A DNA stretch of 64,000 nucleotides from an uncultured Candidatus Rokubacteria bacterium (GTDB lineage: Bacteria > Methylomirabilota > Methylomirabilia > Rokubacteriales > DASRDR01). The stretch covers positions 1-64,000 of the forward strand of contig CAVPSB010000022.1 of the NCBI GenBank assembly GCA_963708025.1, given 5' to 3'. The notes under the pieces are model-generated. The model saw nothing but the letters and a program-made list of their open reading frames with translations. It was not told the origin of the DNA and made no database searches. Position 1 is the stretch's first letter. Every line of letters begins with the position of its first letter. The translations under genes were made by a program, and so were the position numbers. This document shows positions 57,445 to 64,000 of the stretch, in pieces.

Positions 57445-59100
57445 TCATCCCTCGATGTACGGCGTCGACAGCTGGAACCACTCCTCTGGCGGATTGACGA
57501 ACCCCTTGACCTTCGGGCTCAGCACGACCAGGTTCAGGTCGTTGCAGATCGGCAGGTACGCGGCATCTTCTTCCATGATGATGCGGTCGGCCTGCCGGTA
57601 CAGCCCGGCCCGCTTCGACTCGTTCTGCTCCTCACGCGCCTGGTCGAGCAGCTTGTCGACCTTCGGGTTGGCATACCAGCCGACGTTCACACCCTTGTTG
57701 GGCTGCCGCTCCGAGCGGGCGACGATGTCGATCCAGAAGTTCGTGGTCATGCCCCAGGAGAGCTGGTAGGCTCCGTGGCCCGGCCGCAGCCCCTGGAACA
57801 TCTTCGACAGGTAGGTGATCCAGTCGAACGTCTCGAGCTTCACGCGGATGCCGACCTTGGCCAGGTCCCGCTGGATCCACTCGGCCATCGGCACCGGGAT
57901 CATCTGGCCCGAGCCGGACGTTGAGGTCCAGAAGACCGTCTCGAACCCGTTCGGGTGGCCGGCCTCCTTGAGGAGCTGCTTCGCCTTGTCGGGGTTGTAC
58001 GAGTACGGCTTGTACTTGGGGTCGTAGGCGATGGTGGCCGGCGAGACCATGCTCCCGGCCGGCCGGGCCGTCCCCCGCAGCAGCTCCCTGCACATCCGGT
58101 CCTTGTCCACGGCCATCTGGACGGCCTTCCGGACCCGGACGTCCTTGAAGTACTCGTCCTTCATGTTCAGGTGCCAGTACCAGATGTGGGGCGCGTTGCT
58201 CTGCAGGATGGTGTACTTGTCCTTCCGCAGGGCCTCGACCTCGTCGGGTGGGGGCGCCAGGATGAAGTTAACCTCCCCGGTCCGCAGGGCGGCCACCCGC
58301 GCGGCCGGGTCGTCCAGCCGCCGGAAGACCAGCTTGTCGACGTTCGGGGCCGGCCCCCAGTAGTCCTTGAACCGCTCCAGCACGATCCGGTCGTTGGGGA
58401 CGTTCTCGACGAGCTTGAAGGGGCCGGTGCCGACCGGGCTGTCCGCGAACTTCTCGTTGCCGACCTTCTTGAGCTGGGCGGGACTGACCATCAGCGGCTC
58501 GCCCCAGCTCTGCAGCCCCATGCGCTCCCACTCCGCGTACGGCTTGCTGAAGGTCAGCTTCAGCGTGTAGTCGTTGACCGCCTCGGCCCCGGTGACGTAC
58601 TCGACGACGTAGGAGGTGTAGCTGTTGGCCCGGGCGTAGAAGTGGGGCGCGTCCTTCTTGTACATCCGCTCCCAGCTGAAGACGGCGGCGTGGGCGTCGA
58701 AGGGCGTCCCGTCGTGGAACTTGACGCCCTTCCGGAGCTTGAAGATCCGGGTCAGCCCGTCCTTCGACAGCGTCCAGGACTCGGCGAGCCGGGGCACCAC
58801 CGGCGGCACCACCACGTCGGCTCGGGTCAAATCCTCCGCGAGCAGCCCCTCGAACATCTGGTAGGTGACCCGGTAGGTCAGCCAGCAGCCGGTCGCCTGG
58901 GGATCCAGGATGTCCGACGGGCCTTCCATGCCGTAGACCAGCGTGCCGCCCTTCTTCGGCGCCGCCTTCGCCTGAGCCCGAGCCCCCGCCGGCATCGCCA
59001 GGGAGCCGGCCGCGCCCACCGCGGTGGTGCGGAGAAAGTCCCGGCGGCTCAGCCCGCTCTTCAGCATCCGGAGCATCCGACCAATCTTCTCGGCGTCCAT
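57445..59100 (-). CDS. Family 5 ABC substrate-binding protein, Tat-exported
   Basis: SRRDFLR twin-arginine signal, KFHDG and GTGPF motifs. Confidence 0.93.
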   Translation of the reverse strand: MDAEKIGRMLRMLKSGLSRRDFLRTTAVGAAGSLAMPAGARAQAKAAPKKGGTLVYGMEGPSDILDPQATGCWLTYRVTYQMFEGLLAEDLTRADVVVPPVVPRLAESWTLSKDGLTRIFKLRKGVKFHDGTPFDAHAAVFSWERMYKKDAPHFYARANSYTSYVVEYVTGAEAVNDYTLKLTFSKPYAEWERMGLQSWGEPLMVSPAQLKKVGNEKFADSPVGTGPFKLVENVPNDRIVLERFKDYWGPAPNVDKLVFRRLDDPAARVAALRTGEVNFILAPPPDEVEALRKDKYTILQSNAPHIWYWHLNMKDEYFKDVRVRKAVQMAVDKDRMCRELLRGTARPAGSMVSPATIAYDPKYKPYSYNPDKAKQLLKEAGHPNGFETVFWTSTSGSGQMIPVPMAEWIQRDLAKVGIRVKLETFDWITYLSKMFQGLRPGHGAYQLSWGMTTNFWIDIVARSERQPNKGVNVGWYANPKVDKLLDQAREEQNESKRAGLYRQADRIIMEEDAAYLPICNDLNLVVLSPKVKGFVNPPEEWFQLSTPYIEG

Positions 59101-59135
59101 CGGAGACCTCCCTCTTCTTGGTGATGGGTCACAGT

Positions 59136-59224
59136 TTCGGAACCCCCGCCCACCCCCCCAACCCCCCTCCCCCACCCGCTGGGGGGAGGGGGGAGCCGGA
59201 CAACCCGATTCCTTCAACGCGCGC
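59136..59224. repeat. REP-like element (copy E)
   Basis: Similar to copy A; ends GATTCCTTCAACGCGCGC next to a TGA stop. Confidence 0.85.
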
Positions 59225-60115
59225 TCAGCGCCGCGAGCGCGGATTCAGCGCCTCCCGCAGCCCCTCGCCGACGAAATTGAAGGCGAGGGCCACGGCCACG
59301 ATGATGACCCCGGGGATGGTGGCCACGTGGGCGGCCCGGTAGAGGACCAGCCGTCCGTTGCCGACCATCACGCCCCAGTCCGGTGTCGGCGGCTGCACCC
59401 CCAGTCCGAGGAAGGAGAGCCCGGCCGACGCGACGATCATCATTCCGATCAGGGTACTCGTGTAGACCAGGAGCGGGGGCAGGACGTTGGGCAGGACGTG
59501 GCGACCCAGGATCCGCGGGTTGGCCGCGCCGGCACCCCGCGCCGCCTCGACGAACTCGAGCTGCTTGACCGACAGGGTCGACGTCCGAACCACTCGCGTG
59601 CTGTACGGGATCAGGACGACCGTCAGGGCGAACATCTGGTTGCCCACCCCGGGCCCGATCACCCCGACGATCGCGATCGCCAGCAGCACCAGCGGGAAGG
59701 CGAAGAAGACGTCGAGCAGCCGCATGATCAGGTGATCGAGAAACCCCTCGTAGTAGCCGGCCACCATCCCCAGCGCGAGGGCGCAGGTCCCCGCCACCAG
59801 GGTCGGCAGCATGCCTACGAGCAGGGAGACCCGGCCGCCCCAGATGAGCCGGCTCAGGATGTCCCGTCCCTGCTCGTCGGTGCCCAGCCAGAACCCCGGG
59901 CTTCCCGGCGGCGCCAGCCGCATCGTCTCCGCCGCCAGCGGATCGTGGGGGCTGACGAGCGGCGCCGCGATCGCGGCGCCCGCCGCGATCAGGATGATCG
60001 CGCTCCCGGTCACCGCCTGCCGGTCGCGGCAGAACAGGCGCGCGAAGGCGGCCAGGGCGGACGACGACCAGGGCCGCGGCGGTCTCGCCCGCTCCAGGGT
60101 CAGCACGGTCGCCAT
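59225..60115 (-). CDS. Peptide ABC permease (DppC/OppC-like)
   Basis: LGTDEQGRD, EAARGAGA and HVLPN motifs. Confidence 0.93.
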   Translation of the reverse strand: MATVLTLERARPPRPWSSSALAAFARLFCRDRQAVTGSAIILIAAGAAIAAPLVSPHDPLAAETMRLAPPGSPGFWLGTDEQGRDILSRLIWGGRVSLLVGMLPTLVAGTCALALGMVAGYYEGFLDHLIMRLLDVFFAFPLVLLAIAIVGVIGPGVGNQMFALTVVLIPYSTRVVRTSTLSVKQLEFVEAARGAGAANPRILGRHVLPNVLPPLLVYTSTLIGMMIVASAGLSFLGLGVQPPTPDWGVMVGNGRLVLYRAAHVATIPGVIIVAVALAFNFVGEGLREALNPRSRR

Positions 60116-60129
60116 GGTCGTGACGGGGC

Positions 60130-61080
60130 TCAGGCGGGCTTGGTCCGGGGATCCAGGAAGAGGTTCAGGACGTTGACCGCGAGGTTCACGAGGACGAACG
60201 ACAGGGCGATGAACAGCGCCGCGCCTTGGACCACGAGGACGTCTCGGGCGATGACCGAGCTGACGAGCTGCCGGCCGAGGCCCGGCCAGCCGAACACCTC
60301 TTCGGTGAAGACCGCGCCCCCGAGCAGGTACCCGACCTGCAGCCCCGCGATGGTCACGATCGGGGGCCAGGCCACCCGGAGGGCGTGGGCGGACACCACC
60401 ACCCGCTCGGCAAGGCCCTTGGCGCGCGCGACCCGGATGTAGTCCTGCCCCAGGATCTCCAGGACCGAGGCGCGCGTCATGCGGGCGATGATCGCCGCCG
60501 GCGCGGCCGCCGTGGTCACGGCGGGCAGGATCAGGTGGAGCAGCAGGTCGGCGGCCCCGCCGTCGCCGCGCGAGGCGTACATCCCGAGGCTCGGCAGCCA
60601 CCGGAGGTTGATCGCGAAGAGGGAGATCAGCACGAGCCCGAGCCAGAAGGGCGGCATGTTGCCCACCACCAGGGACGCCCCCATGCTCGCCCGGTCCAGG
60701 GCGGTGCGCTGGCGGGCCGCCGCCAGCACGCCGATCCCGATGCCCAGCGCCGCCGAGAGCGCGAAGCTCGCGCCCGCCAGGATCGCCGTGTTCCCGAACT
60801 TCGGCAGGAGCAGATCGAGGACGGGCTTGTGCACGATGGGCGACAACCCGAGGTCGCCGTGGAGGACGCGCCACAGCCACTTCGCGTACTGGACGTGGAT
60901 CGGCTGGTCGAGCCCCAGGGCCCGCTGCAGCTGGGCCAGCGACGCGTCGGTCGCCATCGGGCCGAGGAGGGCTCGGGCGACGTCGCCCGGGATCAGCTTC
61001 ATCCCCAGGAAGATGATGACGGAGACGCCGAAGAGCACCGGCACCAGCCCCAGGAGGCGCCGGGCGACGTACCGGGTCAC
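60130..61080 (-). CDS. Peptide ABC permease (DppB/OppB-like)
   Basis: GDLGLS, ARAKGL and FGWPGLG motifs. Confidence 0.93.
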   Translation of the reverse strand: MTRYVARRLLGLVPVLFGVSVIIFLGMKLIPGDVARALLGPMATDASLAQLQRALGLDQPIHVQYAKWLWRVLHGDLGLSPIVHKPVLDLLLPKFGNTAILAGASFALSAALGIGIGVLAAARQRTALDRASMGASLVVGNMPPFWLGLVLISLFAINLRWLPSLGMYASRGDGGAADLLLHLILPAVTTAAAPAAIIARMTRASVLEILGQDYIRVARAKGLAERVVVSAHALRVAWPPIVTIAGLQVGYLLGGAVFTEEVFGWPGLGRQLVSSVIARDVLVVQGAALFIALSFVLVNLAVNVLNLFLDPRTKPA

Positions 61081-61592
61081 GCCGCGCCCCGTGGCTCGAG
61101 GAGGGCGGCGATGCGGCGCCGGTAGATCGCGGCGTCCTGCTCGAGCTTCTCGTGGAAGAGGTCGTCCACGAGCCGGGTCAGGATCGCGTCGGCGTCCGTC
61201 CGGATCGGCAGCGGGCTCCGGCTCCGGTACGCATCCACCGCCCGGCGCCGCACATCCTCGGCGACCCGACACTCGAGGGCCAGCTCCGCCCGGACCCCCG
61301 CGGCGCCGTTTTCGAGACGCCAGCGGCCCGACACCGACACCAGGGCGCCGGAGGCCGAGAACACGATGCAGGCGGACCCCGGCTCGGCCGGCGCCTCGTC
61401 GACCACCAGCACCACCGCCTGAGCCTGCCGGCCCAGGATGGGGAGGTCCACGTTGTGCTCGAACCACGCAGCCTCCGCGGTCGATGGACGGGAGAGGCCG
61501 GGGAAGCAGAGAAAGGAAGCAGGATCGGCGAGGAGGGCGCGCGCGGCGGCCAGCGAACCTGGAAGGTTCACCCGAGAGGTCAGGCTGGGCAC
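61077..61592 (-). CDS. Hypothetical protein (possibly SRPBCC/CoxG-like)
   Basis: SD GGGAGG before GTG; GTGA coupling to the permease. Fold assignment is a guess. Confidence 0.6.
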   Translation of the reverse strand: MPSLTSRVNLPGSLAAARALLADPASFLCFPGLSRPSTAEAAWFEHNVDLPILGRQAQAVVLVVDEAPAEPGSACIVFSASGALVSVSGRWRLENGAAGVRAELALECRVAEDVRRRAVDAYRSRSPLPIRTDADAILTRLVDDLFHEKLEQDAAIYRRRIAALLEPRGAA

Positions 61593-61639
61593 CGCGCCTC
61601 CCCAGGCGTCACCGACGATTGGCCGCTGGAGCGCCCCGT

Positions 61640-62425
61640 CTAGAGAACGGCCAGCGCGTGGTCGGGCAGATCGGTGATGAACATGTGCCCGGGCGCGTGG
61701 GTGATGACGAGCGGGGGCCGGGCCTCCAGCGCCACCGCCTGGGGGGTGACGCCGCACGCCCAGAAGACCGGTGCCTCGCCGGGGAGGATCGTCGCCGCCT
61801 CGCCCCAGTCGGGCTTGTGGACGTCGGCGACCCCGATCTGCGCCGGGTCCCCGATGTGGACCGGCGCCCCGTGAGCCATCGGGTAGCGCGCGGTCACCGT
61901 CACCGCCCGCGGAACGAGGGGCGCCGGGATCGGGCGCATGGAGACGACCATCGGGCCGCGGAAGATGCCGGCGGGGCGGCAGGCCAGGCTGGTCCGGAAC
62001 ATCGAGACGATGCGGTTCTCCTCGATGTGCCGGAGGGGGACCCCGGCCTGGAGCAAGGCCGACTCGAAGGTGAACGAGCAGCCGAGGAGAAAGGCGACGA
62101 AGTCCTCGCGCCACTCCTTCGTGATGTCGGTGACCTCGGCCTCCAGCCGGCCCTCCCGGTAGATGCGGTAGCGCGGGACGTCGGTGCGCAGGTCCGCGCC
62201 GGGGGCGGCGCCGACCGGCTCCGGGTTCCCCGGGTCCGTCACCTCGATGAGCGGACACGGCTTCGGGTTCCGCTGGCAGAAGACCAGGAAGTCGTAGGCC
62301 TGGGCCTGCGGCAGGATGACGAGGTTGGCCTGGACGTAGCCGGGCGCGAGGCCGGCCGTACCGCCGGTATAGCGGGCCTGCCGGATCGCCTGGCGGATCT
62401 CCTTCGGGGTCTGGCCGAGCTCCAT
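61640..62425 (-). CDS. Putative hydro-lyase (DUF1445, D-glutamate cyclase family)
   Basis: QANLV, RNPKPCP, DLRTDVPRY, GCSFTFE, FWACGVTPQ and THAPGHM motifs. Confidence 0.9.
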   Translation of the reverse strand: MELGQTPKEIRQAIRQARYTGGTAGLAPGYVQANLVILPQAQAYDFLVFCQRNPKPCPLIEVTDPGNPEPVGAAPGADLRTDVPRYRIYREGRLEAEVTDITKEWREDFVAFLLGCSFTFESALLQAGVPLRHIEENRIVSMFRTSLACRPAGIFRGPMVVSMRPIPAPLVPRAVTVTARYPMAHGAPVHIGDPAQIGVADVHKPDWGEAATILPGEAPVFWACGVTPQAVALEARPPLVITHAPGHMFITDLPDHALAVL

Positions 62426-62485
62426 GGCTGCGCCTCCTAGCGTCAACCCACTATAGTAGGGCGCCCGCCGCCGGGCAACCCACCG

Positions 62486-62881
62486 TCATCGGTTGGGCAT
62501 CACCGAGTACCGCGTGGAGTCCAGCAGCCGCTCATCGGCCGTGACCAAAGTCAGCTCGAAGACGGCGGCGGTCGCAGCAAGCAGGGCGTCGGCCGGATCT
62601 CGATGCGGCAAGCCCATCCGCCGGCTCTGGATTGCCACCTCGTGCGTGAGCGGTGCCTCGCGGAACGGAAGTGTCCGGAACGCGGTGCGAATCCACGCGA
62701 CCGGCTCGACGTTCAGCACGATCCGCCCCTTCTCGACGAGAAGAAGAGCCTCCCACGTCGTGATCGGTGAGAGCCAGAGCTCGTTCGACGGCTCTTCCAG
62801 CTCTCGAACGACGCGCTCGCCGAGTCGTGCCGGCTCGAGCAGACTCCAGAGCCAGATGTGAGTATCGAGCAGGAGCTTCAC
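62486..62881 (-). CDS. vapC: Type II toxin VapC (PIN domain)
   Basis: LLDTHIWLW, HRDPAD and LVTAD motifs. Confidence 0.92.
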   Translation of the reverse strand: MKLLLDTHIWLWSLLEPARLGERVVRELEEPSNELWLSPITTWEALLLVEKGRIVLNVEPVAWIRTAFRTLPFREAPLTHEVAIQSRRMGLPHRDPADALLAATAAVFELTLVTADERLLDSTRYSVMPNR

Positions 62882-63126
62882 GCGCGCGGTCCGAGCGACT
62901 CCCAGTCCGCCTCATCGGAGGCCGGCGCCACGATATCGCCGACGATCCGGCCGGTCGAGGCCAGGGATCCCAACCACCCTCGCTCGAGGGTCGGCGTCGA
63001 GGGCGGAACGACCTCGGCAATCGGCTCCCCCCGACGCGTGACGCGGATGGGCTGGCCGGTGCGCTTCACCTTCTCCAGCAGCGCTAGACACGTGGCTTTG
63101 AACTTCGAGATCGGCACCGTCTCCAT
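62878..63126 (-). CDS. Phd/YefM family antitoxin
   Basis: ISKFKATCL...VTRRGEPIAEV; GTGA overlap with the toxin. Confidence 0.9.
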   Translation of the reverse strand: METVPISKFKATCLALLEKVKRTGQPIRVTRRGEPIAEVVPPSTPTLERGWLGSLASTGRIVGDIVAPASDEADWESLGPRA

Positions 63127-63148
63127 GGCTAACACCTCAATGGCTCCT

Positions 63149-63177
63149 ACAGTACTATGGTCAACGACCATGGTCAA
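63149..63177 (-). promoter_or_regulatory. TA promoter with tandem operator repeats
   Basis: TTGACC-N17-TACTGT; GTTGACCAT repeated twice and palindrome GACCATGGTC. Confidence 0.7.
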
Positions 63178-63236
63178 CACGATCTCCGATCAACGGCTGA
63201 CCTCGCAAGCTCTTGTGTCAGCACGGAACGACGGGC

Positions 63237-64000
<764 letters not shown>

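Overview
Very GC-rich bacterial chromosome window from a diderm (it encodes outer-membrane beta-barrels, lipoproteins and Tat/Sec substrates). The style is reminiscent of Candidatus Rokubacteria/Methylomirabilota, but that is inference only. About 63 protein-coding genes, nearly all on the minus strand. I found no rRNA, tRNA, CRISPR array or intact transposase. Left to right: (1) a candidate peptide-signalling locus: sigma54 promoter and upstream palindrome, a 43-aa secreted peptide, a terminator-like hairpin, a family-5 peptide-binding protein and a HAMP-PAS histidine kinase, next to a 5'-truncated CHAT protease; (2) gamma-glutamyl enzymes, an M23 peptidase and a sugar dehydrogenase; (3) an ftsH-degP-dnaJ-clpB proteostasis cluster; (4) a TetR regulator with a membrane protein carrying PmoC-like metal motifs; (5) a partly decayed sulfatase/outer-membrane island with its own two-component system; (6) lemA-TPM genes, an MFS transporter, a xanthine-dehydrogenase-family enzyme and MoaD/RidA; (7) a large cyclic-amide/5-oxoproline catabolic cluster (HyuAB-like, PxpABC, nitrilase-family, DUF1445, LLM, ABC importers); (8) a VapBC toxin-antitoxin pair. 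A modular GC-rich palindromic repeat family occurs about 10 times between genes. Many genes have single-base frameshifts, mostly in G/C runs, which are probably sequencing errors.
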